Assembly (NCBI RefSeq): GCF_018350175.1
Contig: NC_058368.1
Coordinates: forward strand, 215,948,001 to 216,012,000
Direction: 5' to 3'
From: Felis catus
Lineage: Eukaryota
Length of the DNA: 64,000 nucleotides
Below the pieces are notes generated by a model. The model had not been told where the DNA came from, searched no databases, and was given only the letters and a program-made list of their open reading frames with translations. Position numbers and translations under genes: made by a program. Of this stretch, positions 50,883-64,000 are shown piece by piece. Position 1 is the stretch's first letter. Each line of letters begins with the position of its first letter.

Positions 50883-51315
50883 GTGGAATATTACTCAGCC
50901 ATCAAAAAGAACACAATCTTGCCATTTGGAATGATGTGAATGGAGCCACAGTGTATTATTCTAAGTGAAATCAGTCAGTTAGAGAAAGACAAATGTCACA
51001 TGATTTCACTCATATATGGAATTTAGGGAACAAAACAGATGAACATAGGGGAAAGGGAGAAAAGAAGGAGGAAAACCATGAGACTCTTAACTATAGAGAA
51101 AATACTGGAATTCCTGGAGGGGACGTAGGCAGGGAATGGGCTAAATGGGTGATGGATATTGAGGAGGGCACTTGTTGTGGTGAACACTGGGTGCTAAATG
51201 TAAGTGATGAATCATTAAATTCTACTCCTGAAACAAACAATAATAATAATAATTTAATTAATTAAATACATATTAACTAAATTTAATAAATAATAATAAT
51301 TATTATTATTAAAAA
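49637..51315 (+). mobile_element. 5'-truncated carnivore L1 (~1.7 kb)
   Basis: [20 protein letters not shown] and [16 protein letters not shown] frames; 3'UTR; (CA)n at 50836-50880; (AAT)n tail. Confidence 0.96.
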
Positions 51316-52389
51316 CTCAGTAAAATATTTTGGTATTTGAGACAATTCAGTTTTTTTGTTTTTGTTTTTGTTTTTGTTTTACTGTAGCATTTTATAACAG
51401 AATTGAGTCAAATTAAAAGTGCTTCTTGCCAGTTTCTATTTCTGGAACATAACATAAAACCTTCTTTCTTTCACAATACTTCCAGGATTTACTTCATTTT
51501 CCTTGAAACCTAAACGTACTTTTCCCCAGAATATCTTCTTTCAAAGTATACACTTATGCTATGTGTAGTATACTGCTTTCCTGACCAACTATAGTTAACA
51601 TGCTTCCTTTTTGGAGGTTGATTCATGTCCTTGGTTTATTCATCCTTAAGCACAGACAGCTCTTTCCAGGTTTGCGATCATGAAACAGTAACATGAATAA
51701 TTTTTTTTTTCTAGGCTCTTCTCATTTACTATGACATGAGGTAGACCAGTCCATATCTCCAAAAACTTCCAACATGGCTGCAGATAATATAGCTTTTCAA
51801 AACCTTCTCCTTTGATTCCTACATCATGTTAAACATTGCAAGTGATACAATAGTTAAATTTCCATGTCACCTTTAAATTTTGTTTGAATGATTCTGTCTA
51901 AATTATAGTGTTCATTCACATATGAGGGCGCTGCCATTCCCTCTCTTGTGTACTGTTCCCAGGTGGAAACAGTTTATTTTTGTTTTAGGGGTGTGTTTCA
52001 GAAATGGATATTTAACAAATTTTCATTTATTGTCCTATTTTTCCTACAAATATGTCTTGTTATAAATAAAGGTCTAACTTCTTTAAAATACACTGTGGCC
52101 TTTTTTGGGAATTTAAAGATTGGACTATAACCATTTTTGTCCTGTGGGTTTTCAAATAATAAAATATTTGTATATATGTGGTATGTGTCTGGTATAATCA
52201 TATACTAAAAATAGATTCAATGTAATTTTGATTATAATGTATATTTAACGAAGATATTATAAAAAACACAATCTTACTACCTTTTTTCTGAAGTCATACC
52301 TTAATTTGGATTTGGCATAACAAACATTTAAACAGCATAGTCCATCTGAAAGATAGCGTGGTGCAGGATACCTATATATTAAAAAAAGA

Positions 52390-52457
52390 TTTTAATTTAG
52401 CATTGTTTTAATTTTGGAGAGAGAGAGAGCGTGCACATGAGTGGGGGATAGGGAAAA

Positions 52458-52509
<52 letters not shown>

Positions 52510-52633
52510 TCTTAAGTAGGCTCCACACTGAGCATGGATACCAATATGGGGCTCAATCCTATGACCTTGGGATCATGACCTGAGCCAAAATCAAGAGTCA
52601 GACGCTCAACTGACTGAGCCATCCAGGAGCCCC
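52390..52633 (-). mobile_element. Can-SINE
   Basis: (GA)n and head gagccatccaggagcccc. Confidence 0.93.
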
Positions 52634-53847
52634 TCAAGTGATTTTCATTGAAATTCTTAATTGATGTGAGCTCATCATGTGATTATAAAGAGGATATATA
52701 ATTACAGAGAGAAAATATTGTTTGGGAAAATAATTAAACTTTTACATCATGGAAGAATAATAAACCTATCTTATTTTGAGAATTTACTCTACATTGCACA
52801 ATTATATGAAAAACTGAGATGTCAATGTATCAATGGGAATAGAATATAACGACAAATAATCTTATATAATATAAATGTATAATCATACAAATTATTATAA
52901 CCTGTTGTGTCATTTTAAATTTTGTTTTGTATTTTGATTCAGTATGATATATATGAGACAGAGAAATGGATAGTGAACATAAATAACCTAATTTTCTCCA
53001 CTGACTTATGTGTCTGTGTGGTTCATGTTGTAGTAATATTTGATATTAATTTGAAAATACCTAATTCCCTAGAGATAAATATATGGTCTCCAGAATGAAA
53101 AGTTACCAATATCTACCATTGTGAAGGATAATAATTTCTAATCATTCCTTTCAAAAGCCTCGAGTTGTTGTCTGAATAATGAGGTAGAAAAATTTATGGA
53201 ATTCTCTAACCAAGTAAATGACAAAAGTAGGGTTATTGTATAAAGAAGAGTGGAGAATAAGAGATGTTCTAACACAGATTGTTTCAACAACTTCTTCTCC
53301 TCTATATTGTAGTGAAAATAAATGAAGCCTGTCACTTTAAACAAAACGTGCACACACCCACACACACACATACACTTCTACCTAGAAACTGGCCTTCAAA
53401 ATTATTTTCACACTCAATCAAACTTATTCAAATCTGGTTATTTATTTAAGTAATCATAAACTACCTGACCTGTGAAGTTGGTAGAGAATTCAATATAACA
53501 AAAAATACAAGTTACAAGCTTCTTTTCTGTTATTTTGAAAGTAGTTTGAACATTTTAATTTCTTCAGTGAGGAGGTATAGGTTCCAAATTCCAAATGAAT
53601 TAGTATTTAGAAAATCGTTTATTATTCAATACCATAATTAATATGTGCAACAATGACCACGTATTATAAGTATTATACTTAATGCTGTAATGAATTGTAC
53701 ATGCTAATTTATTATTTTACTTTCGTAGTTGTTAGAAGAAACGCAGTGTAGCAAAGAACTTATTCTCTCAATCTGCTTTTTCTTGGAAACAAATATTTAT
53801 ACAGCACTCATTCACAATTCACCCTTTTCACAAGAGCAAAATAATTA

Positions 53848-54096
53848 TTTTTTAATGTTTAATTTTATTTTTGAGAGAGAGAGAGAGAGAGGGAGTGTAA
53901 GTGGGGGAGGGGCAGAGAGAGAGAGGGAGACACAGAATCTGAGGCAGGCTCCAGGCTCCTAGCTATCAGCACAGAGCCTGACACAGAGCTCGAACTCAGA
54001 GCCTCATGAACGTAAGCCTCATGAATAGTCATGAACCGTGAGATCATGACCTGAGCCAAAGTCGGACACTCAACCAACTGAGCCACCCAGATATCT
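53848..54096 (-). mobile_element. Can-SINE with a short internal duplication
   Basis: Typical body; tcatgaa occurs three times in 54004-54035. Confidence 0.93.
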
Positions 54097-56349
54097 TGCA
54101 AAATGCTTCATTATTATACTAAACTAATATACTAAGTGTTCAAATAATATTGCTCAATAATTATATTAACAAAATAGTTTGTGAGTGGTTTCTCTGTGTC
54201 ATGCTTTATTAAAATGTACACATATGTTCAAAATACTTTATTGCACTCATTAAAATTAATTATTTGTATTTTCACAGCAAATATTTCCCCGTTTAATGGT
54301 TTCATTTATATGTGAGATCCTTTTATCAATGTACTTATGATCTGCAGCAAATATTTTTTCTTTCCTGGTCTTATGAATTTTATTATACTGTGTTCCTTTG
54401 TCTCAGTCTTTCATGCCACAAAAACAGTAATTATTCTTGTAATTCCTCTTCACCTTCCATCATTCAATTACCCAATTGCCAGTTCTAATTCCAAAATTAT
54501 ATAGGATGCTTGTACTTTTCTCTACTATTCCTCTACTATTACACTAGTCAGGGAAACCATTATCCCTTACTTGGACAAATTTAAAACCCAATTTTCTCCA
54601 TTCTTGTAATCATCCAATCTTATTGGATAAGCTTTATATCCTTACGCCAAAACCCAGTGTGTCTTCCCAGTCAGATTTGGCCCTTCTCAGGCATCCATAT
54701 CTCTCATAGATACAACAGAATAACAGTATTTCAGGCAAGCAAGCCTGTATATAGTAAGATACAAGTAAGTAAGCAAGCGTGTATATTGTATGACTCATTT
54801 GTGAATAGAATTCATGTGCTTTATGATAATGCAAACACTCAATATTGACCTCACCAATATAATGACATATTTATTTTTGGAGGATGGTAGATGGGAAATG
54901 TGTGTTTATGTGTTGGGGCTCAGGGAAAGAAAGAAAGTTAAATCTTCAGCCTCCATGGTGGGAAGTCAATAGAAAATGCCTGAAGGATCAGTCAAACACA
55001 GTCTCTGGAGATATGGAAGTAAATCACAAAAACTCAGCTAACAGATTTGGAAAAAGTTACCTGGGGAAGAAAAAATTAGGAAGGGAAATGGAGGGAGTCC
55101 ATTGACTGCTTTTTTTCTTAACGAACCTTATACAACTGGTACACAACTTTGACAAATTCAATAATTATAATGATTGAAATCAAAAGGTGCGGAAAATAAC
55201 ATCACCATCTCTCTATAAAACCGTGAGCTATGTGCCATTTTCCGTAACAGATGTGTCATAGTCAATCAAAGTAACAATTATCAGGACACTAATTGGAATA
55301 AAGGTGAATAAAATAAACTTTATCTTGCAACTAATTCATATGTGTAATGAAAAAATGATTATTCAGTGAGAAATGCAGTTGATAAATCAGAGAACTGAAT
55401 ATTCTTGTAAATTCTTTGATGATACATGTATATTGTATTTGGCCTGAAGTGGTGTTAATAAGACCACTAGAGAAATGCAGTGCGGAGAATTTCCTTTTAA
55501 GTATCAAGTGAATTAACATTTAATCTTTTTGATTTAGTCGATTCTCTCCTTTGTTCTTTTCACAAAATAAGTTAATTTGTCTCAAATAAAGCTTAATGTA
55601 TTTTTATAGAGTGAAGATTTGTTTTTGGAATATGTGTTTGTCCTGCTCTGTCCTTTGGAATATATTAGATGGAAATTTTCATTTGACACTCCGTTTCTAA
55701 CATCAAAGACTGTGTGCCAAAGCATTTGGGGAGCTACATATTAATCAGCAACTTAATAAGAGAATGTTAAGATTGCTTTGTTGGTTGCAAAACTGACTAA
55801 TATTTCACAGGGCAATAAACTTGGGGGTTATCCTTTTCCCAGAAATAAATAATTTGCACCTTCACCAGATAAAAACATAAAAAGTAACATGTGATCTCCT
55901 TAAATTGAATTCCTTTAATTAATTGTTTTACCATCATTGAATGGGATTTCTACTATCACAGAGGAGGGAGCTTAGACATTTGCCTCTTCATTTTGCATGC
56001 ATTTCTACTTTCCATCAGAAAGCCCTTTCGCACCATGTTGGACTGGGTGCATTTCCTGTATGCTGTATTCTGAACTATCTATGCTCTGCAGTTAAGAAAC
56101 CTAGAAAAACCTTTTCCAGACTAAGAAGGCCTTCTTTCTCAGAATATGATGACTGAATAGTTTCATCAAGGTATGTTTTTTTTTTCTTTTTGCATTTCTG
56201 TAGTCCTAATCTTCCCTCAGAAAAAAATGAAAGCATCATGCTCATTTGGACAAGGGACACATACAAGAACATATAAAAAAATAAACCATTGTTATAGCTA
56301 AATATTAAATGTCTTATATAATTTTAGTTCCATGTATGTAATCCTTAGC

Positions 56350-56430
56350 ATCACTATTAGTTAAGAGTTATTCCCATTTCACGGATGAGGAAACATGGGA
56401 TAATGAGGGTAGAGTACTTGGCCCAAATCA
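56350..56430 (-). mobile_element. MIR fragment
   Basis: ttattcccatttcacggatgaggaaac. Confidence 0.55.
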
Positions 56431-56859
56431 TGAAGAAACCAAATGTAAAGGAAGTGTTCCAAATATCTCTAACATAAAGTTCCTATTCCCAACAGGCTAC
56501 ACTTATTTTCAAAGGACCTCTTGATTTAGATCTTAAATGTGACATATAATTGACAAAAAACATGTCTAGTCTTCTTTTAATTTTTAACTAATACTTTCTG
56601 ACCTAGAAGATCCATATGTTTTATGAAAGACTAAACAAATAAGTCAATCAAACCCAACAGTGAAAAAATAATAAAATCTTCACAAAGTGTAGAAAACTTT
56701 ATACCTAATATCCCTTATTTCTAAGTGTTTATATTCTAGTAATATATTCAATAAACATATTCTCAACAAATAGTTCTATAAATGTTTTTAGAAGATTTGA
56801 GTTACAAAATAAATGGGCTAGCTTTCTTTCATTATTTGAAGTTATCATATGAATTATTA

Positions 56860-57054
56860 TTTTTTACATGTTTATTTATTTATTGTGAGAGAGAGAGTGC
56901 ACAAGCAGTGGAGAGGCAGAGAGAGAGGGAGACAATCCCAAGCAAGTTCTGTGTGGTCAGTGCAGAGCCTAATGCGGGGCTCGAACTCATAAACTATGAG
57001 ATGAGCTGAAACCAAGAGTCAGATGCTTAACTGACTGAGCCACCCAGGCGCCCC
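56860..57054 (-). mobile_element. Can-SINE
   Basis: Head ccacccaggcgcccc; imperfect TSD atca(t/c)atga(a/c)ttatt. Confidence 0.93.
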
Positions 57055-58930
57055 ATCACATGACTTATTTAAACTGAAGTTTTTCTTAAGCTGGTAATAA
57101 AAAATACTGATATTTTCTATTTAAATACTTGATCAATAGTCTCAATACACCTATAGAATGAATCACACAGATTTCAAAACTACTTATTAAAACATTGTAG
57201 TATGTATATTGACAATTTGATGGGTGATCTATCTTAAGTATAGCAAAATGTACACCTAAATACTAACAAATTCAATTTAGTATAATAAATTCAATTTAAC
57301 AATGTTTTAATATTGTTTCAGTGCTAATAATGTGTGTGGTCTCTGAGGGGTCCTTTAATTAATAGAATTCCTCCTCTGCACCTGGTTTCTCAATAACCAA
57401 AAACAGCAACTAAATAACAGATGGAAGTCCAGACATTCGTTTTAGAGAGCATGGCTTAGTGTGGAACCAAATGGGTCAACTAAGTGAGCTCCAGAATTGG
57501 CAGATATGCCTCATTCCTAGACTGTGCTGTACTTAGACTAACACCTTGTGTAAACAGTGTTGAAGAATGGAGGAGTGAAGGAGAACACATGCTAATTGCA
57601 TATAAACCAACCCCACATTTGCAGATTTGCTGATAAATTCTGTCTATATATTCCCAAAGGCAGTGCAGGGGGCTCATATTAGGCTTAGGAAAAGTTTCTT
57701 TTTCTGGAAGGAAATCAGAAACAGTGACAGTGCATTTCCCTTTAGCACATTACTTATTTATTGATTTAAATTTTTATAACTATAAGCATTGCTATCTGCA
57801 TGCCATATTCTTTACCACGGCTGGAGATTGAGAAGACTCTGGCAAGACACGTAGGCAAAGCCAAACTTCATTTAAAAAATAATGTAAGGTAAACCCATAA
57901 ACGAAACTGTTTAACCCCCCACCAAAAAAAACCCACAAATATAATTGCAAAGAGCTATGAATTAGGACAGTATCCTAGAGTCCTTAATATGAATTTCTCT
58001 TGTTATAAAATAAATCTTTGCTTGAGATATTTTTCTTCAAGTGGATGGAAGATTACATGTAAAAAACTCATTTTTTAAAAAATAAATGGGTTAATATGTT
58101 TAATAGGACTGTCAGGAAGTACTAAAACAATCACTACAAAAACATTCAAGTATTGTTTAATAAAGACAAATATATTGAAGAGTCAGTGTTGCTTATTCTT
58201 AAATTTCTGATGTATTTTCTCTAATGTGATGTTAGTTATTCCATTGGCATGGAGGTTCCTCATTCAAAGAGTCCAGAGTTGCGATGTGCGTATCATGACC
58301 TCATTCTGTAGGTGTTAATACTCTTTCTGATTTTACAGAGAGTGAATTCAGATTTAGATGTAAACTAGTCTTATAAATATTACATTTGAAATACTTGGTT
58401 ATAAATTATCACAGTTTATTATCACTTAACTACCAGGATTGTTGACGAGGGGTTTTTCCTGCACTTCTCTGGTGTTGTGACAACTTCATACCTGAACTGT
58501 TACAAATTCTGGCTTCTAGCTTTTTGTGGATTGTGCCCAATTGAATTTTCCATCTTGGCAAATACAGGGTTTTACCAACTGCCCCTGTGTTCCTCAAGAC
58601 TAAGAAAAATGAAGCTCAAATTCACTCCATTTGCAAATACATTTAAAAAAAAGCCAGATTTGTAATTTTTAATTTTACTAGTTTTGATATGTAAATATTT
58701 TAAAAAATATTTTTCCATTTCATTGTTTGCATTTAAAGGAATGTAAAACATATTTTTATTTTTCATTTTTTTCCCCACTTGGTTTTCCAGTAAGAACATC
58801 AATAAAGGTACTAAATCTATTCATTAGATGGAAATCCTTAATTTTTAAAAATTATGATTACAGAGTTTTTAAAATTTTACTTTTCAACATCCAGCCTCTA
58901 GTAAATTACTCCCCTCATATCAGTGATGTC

Positions 58931-59125
58931 TTTTTTTTAATGTTTATTTTTGAGAGACAGAGAGAGAGGCAGAGTGTGAGCAGAGGGGCAGACACAGAAT
59001 CTGAAGCAGGCTCCAGGCTCTGAGCTGTCAACACAGAGCCCCACCCAGAGCTCGAACTCACAAGCTGTGAGATCATGACCCCAGCCGAAATCAGACACTC
59101 AACTGACTGAGCCACCCAGGCGCCC
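58931..59125 (-). mobile_element. Can-SINE
   Basis: Typical body and head. Confidence 0.93.
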
Positions 59126-59279
59126 TAATCATGTTTTAAATGTAATTATTAAATGCCTATTTTGTATTATAATGAAAGGGAGGAATTTGCTATGTACTTC
59201 TTTAATTCCCCTCGCAAATGAAGGAAATAGTTATTTGTCTCCCTCTTTCACACCAAAGTCGTAGGAATCATATTCAGAC

Positions 59280-59735
59280 TGTTACTTTGGTGCTGTCAGT
59301 GATACCTCCCGGTTTTCATGCTCTTTGGGAAATCACCTCACACTATGGCCTTGATCACTTGACTTCTTTTGGCCAATGGAGCACGAACAAGTATGGTGGA
59401 AGGAGAAGTCACTGGGGCTCTCGCATTAGGGCTTGTCTCCTGGAAGTGTTCTTTCTTGGAACTTAATTGTGATGTTATAAGGAAGAGCAAGCTATCACAG
59501 GCAGGTGTGGCCAGTCCCCCAGCTGAGCTGCTCTACTCAACACCAACTTGCCAGCAAAGTGGCAAGAGGTTGCTTCAGCCCAGATCAACTGCACCAGCTG
59601 AAGATAAGTACATGAGGGATGGACTATCCCCACCAGGCACGATCCACTTGCAAAACCCTAAGCCTTTAAGATCTTGGATGAGTTTGTTCTATTGGAGACT
59701 GATCACTGATTACATTGTTGGTAAACATAGGATAT
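59280..59735 (+). mobile_element. MaLR solo LTR (MLT1H-like)
   Basis: cacttgacttcttttggccaatgg and cccagctgag blocks typical of MLT1. Confidence 0.55.
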
Positions 59736-59819
59736 GAATTTCACAGATGAATCATTATGCATTAACAAAAAGTATCAAAACCTTTAGGAACATTGGAAAG
59801 TCCTGACACAAATGAGCGT

Positions 59820-60043
59820 GGACTTTTGTAACTGACAACAAGCATTCTTTTGATAGCATAGTCCTTCCTAAGTACCTTAGGCAATTCATTTAATTTTTCT
59901 TAATGTCATTTCTATCATCCATAAAATGGAAAAATAATAATAAAATTAAATTGCATGGAAATTGTGGGAATTCAATAAAATAACATGTGAAAATTAACCT
60001 CTCCAAATCTTTGACACATGGATGGCAGTTAATAAATAAGAGC

Positions 60044-60045
<2 letters not shown>
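59820..60045 (+). mobile_element. MIR, followed by (ATT)n at 60045-60074
   Basis: accttaggcaattcatttaa...tcatccataaaatggaaaaataata. Confidence 0.65.
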
Positions 60046-60074
<29 letters not shown>

Positions 60075-60164
60075 TTGTTACATTCAGAAATATTTTAGTG
60101 CGACAAATACATCCACTCTTCTTCATATATTTTCTTGGCTCCTTATCTTAAAACTTCTTGAGGA

Positions 60165-60224
60165 GAGATGAGCACTGGGTATTGTATGGAAACCAATTTC
60201 ACAATAAATTTCATATTAAAAAAA
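60165..60224 (+). mobile_element. Extreme 3' tip of a felid-type L1 (~60 bp)
   Basis: gatgagcactgggtattgtatggaaaccaatttcacaataaatttcatattaaaaaaa matches the 3' end of the L1 at 15231-15300. Confidence 0.85.
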
Positions 60225-63191
60225 CTTTATTACTGCATAATATTCACAAGTAATACTTATTACTACTAATAAGCAGAGATATACTGCTTCTTTAGTTACA
60301 AATATAAAATTTCCCCTTTTGTTTTTGATCCATTCTTTTCAGATTTTCTCTAATATTTCTTCCAAATTTCTATCCCAGGTCTACATAGAAAATAATAGAT
60401 TGATGTTTTATTGGGAGAATAATTTTATATTTACTTTTGTCTTTTATTGCGAAACTTTTCTTGTCACTGGGCACTATAATTCTCTTTTTTTCTTTTTTTA
60501 TCTATTCACATAAACGATACCATAATTTCTGTCTAATAAAACATTCAATGCTTACAAATACATACTCTGACATCCTTCACATTCAACTAAACCATAAATT
60601 GGGCACGTTACCAAAGATAACTCTTGGGAGTTTTTTGTCAGATATTTCCATTACTGAAAATAATTTCCTAGGTTTTACACTTGATATCTGTCTGTGCCTA
60701 ACTTCAGTAATTCTGTATTATGGAAGAGATTACTGGGAGCCACTTGAGTTTCTTCTACAGGTGGCAAAAGATGGCTTAACAGTTTTACAACACCCAATTT
60801 GTGGTACTACGTTGTTGAGGAACAAACACATCTCTTAATTGAAAATTGACAGCTTTGGCATTAGATTGAACTAATCATTACATTCACACTGGTCTCCATT
60901 TCCTGAAGCTCTATTAAGTCATTAAGATGCCAGGACAATTTTCTCCACAGGTGTGGAAAACCAGATCCTTGCCTATGGCAGACTTAATTAAGATAACAGC
61001 AGGATAGTTACATTTAAAAGGGAGAAATCAAAGACATGATAACATTTCTCAAAGTGCCCTAAATGAGAAGAGTCGTTGGGGAGGGGCCTAATTTTTGTTA
61101 TCTTATTTCAACTGTGTTGCATACAGATTATCTATTTTGTAGATGTGTGCTAAATCTGTAACCAAATCATGATTAAAAGAAATTAATCATAACTTTTAAA
61201 ATGACATACTTATTGAGGTTGTATTTAACTTATTTTACACGTAGAGTTTATGGTTTTACTGAGAGCTTGTCAATACCAATTATATATGCTTGCTGTTGCT
61301 TTTGCTTTCCCCCAGTAAATGGTCTACTTATCTCTCTTACTCCCATGGTTTGACATAGTCATTTTCAGAACAAAGTTTCTTGGACTTTCTGCCAAGGGGA
61401 CAGGAAAAACAACTGTTATTTAAATTGTATTGTGACAATGAAACTATCACTGGCTTACAATAGTTTTGGGTGTTTACAATAGCACCTCCTCATTCAGGAA
61501 GAAAATGCCTTGACATTATTTTAAACAGCAAGATATAATAAAGATTTTCTAAACCCAAAAAATACAAGAAACTTTATCTCTTGCAAACAATTTAAATTTC
61601 TTGGTTTGAGTCCAGAGTTCACATTTGGGGCTATTTTTTATTCATAATCTCGATTTAAAATCTGACCTTATTAAAATTCATAACATATAGAAAGACGTTA
61701 TTAAAAAAATAAGTGTTTCTGACTCTTTTAGAATTCTCTTTCTTAAACAACATCCAAATAATATTTCTTTCAAATGTTTCCAACACTTGCTACTTTTCCT
61801 AAGCAGTCCTTCTCTGTGTATAAGAATTAGATTCTGAATTGTCTAATCAATAAATCTGCCATCTGGGAAATTGTTAATGATTCTATGTGGGAATTTCAGA
61901 TATGCCCTGCTTTATATGGAACTTTCATCAGGTGTTTGGATATTTTGTTTTTTTATCCTATTAAATCATTGATATAGTGCCCATCTTATTATGTTTTTAC
62001 ATTTACCATTTTCACTAATAAATGACTTTTGAGTTTTCATGTCTTCTTTGTTATTCTATGAATTAAGTTCTTATTTCATGGGATCTAACATGTTGAAAAT
62101 ACATGAATTGCTTATATTTGCTCAAAAAATGTCATAAATATATTGTGTTATACAAGAAATCGCCCACCAAAATCTCTTTTGGTTAGATCAACAGATTATT
62201 TCTCTAGCATGGCCTAAAATCACTGTTTGTCATCCACTGTGTAGATATAGACACTCTTGTGACATGTAGCTGAAATAAATGAGAAATCAAACCAGTCTCA
62301 GGATGTTGTCTAAGAATCCTAACTGTCATGATGGTATATTTCAAATTTCAAAACTATTAATCATGAATTAAACACTTTATCATAGTAAAAAAATCCATTT
62401 TCCACTCAACCCAAATCCAAATATTTCCAGAGAGGAAAGATTGGTGGAAATAACTTTGGTTTCAAAAGTAAGCATGTCTTCTTCAGATTCCTATTTTGTC
62501 ACTCACTAATTTTGCAATTGAGCAAATTATTTAACTACTGGCTAACTTTCAATATTTTTAGGATCACTGTGAGGATTAAGGAAGATGACTCGTGTAAATG
62601 ATACATTGGTCTGGTGTATTATACACATATGATACGAGGTAACTAAGTCCTTTTGTTCTGATGCTAATGTTAGTAGAAGATTATCCATATATGCATGTAC
62701 ACCATTATTTTATTTTTCCTAACAGCACTCTCCATATTGTTTATATACAAATGCACTCTAAGAATACAGGCAGTGCCAAATTCTTAACTATCATGTCATA
62801 TCAATTTTCCCAATTTGACATGTGGTAAATGACCAGTGGCATGACAATTCTTTTTTCTCCACTTTTCATTGCATGGAAAGTATGCCTCTCATCCATCCAG
62901 AATCTTAGTTGTGATGCAAGTCAAGTACAATCGTATAGATAACCAAGTAAATGCAATTCTAAATGTCAACTTGTATAGGAAAGATGAATCATGCTAGTGA
63001 CTATATAGAAATCATTTTGAAAATTAAATGATTTCAAAAATTTTAACCCCTCCCCCAAATTGGAATAGAATTTAAAAATTTAATCTGTTAAGTATTATTA
63101 AATAGAATATTTAATTATGTGTTAAATTCTGTATTTTCAGAATAGAACTCAAGGTAATTAGCCATCTACTTGTTTAAGATTTCCTTGTTTT

Positions 63192-63405
63192 GGGGGTGCC
63201 TGGTTGGCTCAGTCGGTTTAGTGTCCGACTTCAGCTAGGCTCATGATCTCACTGCTCACGAGTTTGAGCCCTGCATCGGGCTCAGTGTTGACAGCTTGGA
63301 GCCTGGAGCCTGCTTCGGATTCTGTGTGTGTGTCTCTCTCCCTGTCCCTAACCCACTCGCATTCTGTCTCTGTCTGTCTCAAAAATAAATAAACATTAAA
63401 AAAAT
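63192..63405 (+). mobile_element. Can-SINE
   Basis: TSD ttaaga(t/c)ttcc(t/c)tgttt. Confidence 0.95.
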
Positions 63406-63667
63406 TAAGACTTCCCTGTTTGTAAGTCTATATACAAAACGTGAAAGCATTGATATGCGTGGTACTGTCAGATTCTAGAAATACACATTTCTTCAGAGAA
63501 ATATAAATTTATACTTCAAACAATTTTTATCTCATTCCGTTGAGTTTTCAATATATTTCAGTATACATTTGGTACTATAAAAGTAGAAAATTAAATTTCA
63601 GTTTACATCTATTTGTCTTTCTATACTTACATCTCTATCTGTATGTATCTATCTATCTCCGTCTATC

Positions 63668-64000
63668 TGTTATGGGGTACATGGTCTCTCAAAAATTCCT
63701 CTGTTGACTCCTTGCCCTCTAATAGCTCAGACTGATTGTACTTAGCGACTGGGTAGTTAAAAAGATAAGTGAAAATGAGGTAATTAATATAAATGTTGTC
63801 TTGATTTTAAAAAGGAAATTTAGACATAGATGGATACAGAGAATTCTATCTTGAGGCTATCTTCAGACACAAGCTGCACCATTAACTCATCTCTGGGTCT
63901 CCAGCCTGCTGGTCTACCCTGCAAATTCTGGGCACAACTTCCATAATTGCAGAGCCAACTCTTTAAAGGAAATCTCTCACTTTCTCTCTAAATCCATTAC
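63668..64000 (+). mobile_element. MLT1/MLT2 LTR remnants running off the window end
   Basis: tgggtctccagcctgctggtctaccctgcaaatt...ccataattgcagagccaa is MLT2D-like; upstream part is MLT1-like. Confidence 0.6.

Noticed and set aside
1..64000. The many 60-170 aa ORFs in the supplied track as host genes
   Set aside because: They overlap SINEs, microsatellites or antisense L1, or are low-complexity F/L/I/K-rich frames, often with non-ATG starts. I recognise no host domain or exon structure, although small exons cannot be excluded by eye.
63840..64000. The missing 3' LTR of the ERV-L at 44628-47600
   Set aside because: It is 16 kb away, separated by unrelated sequence, and appears to be a different MLT2 subtype.

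Overview
AT-rich, repeat-dense mammalian DNA, almost certainly from a cat-family (feliform) genome: it carries about 20 tRNA-derived Can-SINEs, including a young SINEC_Fc-type copy, and carnivore-type LINE-1s. I see no host protein-coding exon, RNA gene or CRISPR array; the recognisable ORFs are L1 or ERV-L relics and the rest look like chance frames. The window reads as intergenic or deep intronic. Its centre (about 25.6-40.1 kb) is one ancient L1M split by younger insertions: a short SINE, a 7.2-kb full-length but dead L1, a SINE interrupted by a solo LTR, and a complex L1. The complex L1 is the best finding. One 17-bp TSD encloses a twin-primed 5' inversion, an internal ~1.85-kb deletion and ~1.1 kb of apparently 3'-transduced non-L1 DNA. 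Also present are a truncated MLT2/ERV-L provirus, nested old LTRs, a palindromic 36-bp minisatellite, a (G5T)4 G-quadruplex motif at a SINE head and a candidate PBX-HOX/MEIS enhancer. I found no evidence of a new gene system. Repeat family names come from remembered consensus sequences and need Dfam/RepeatMasker confirmation.
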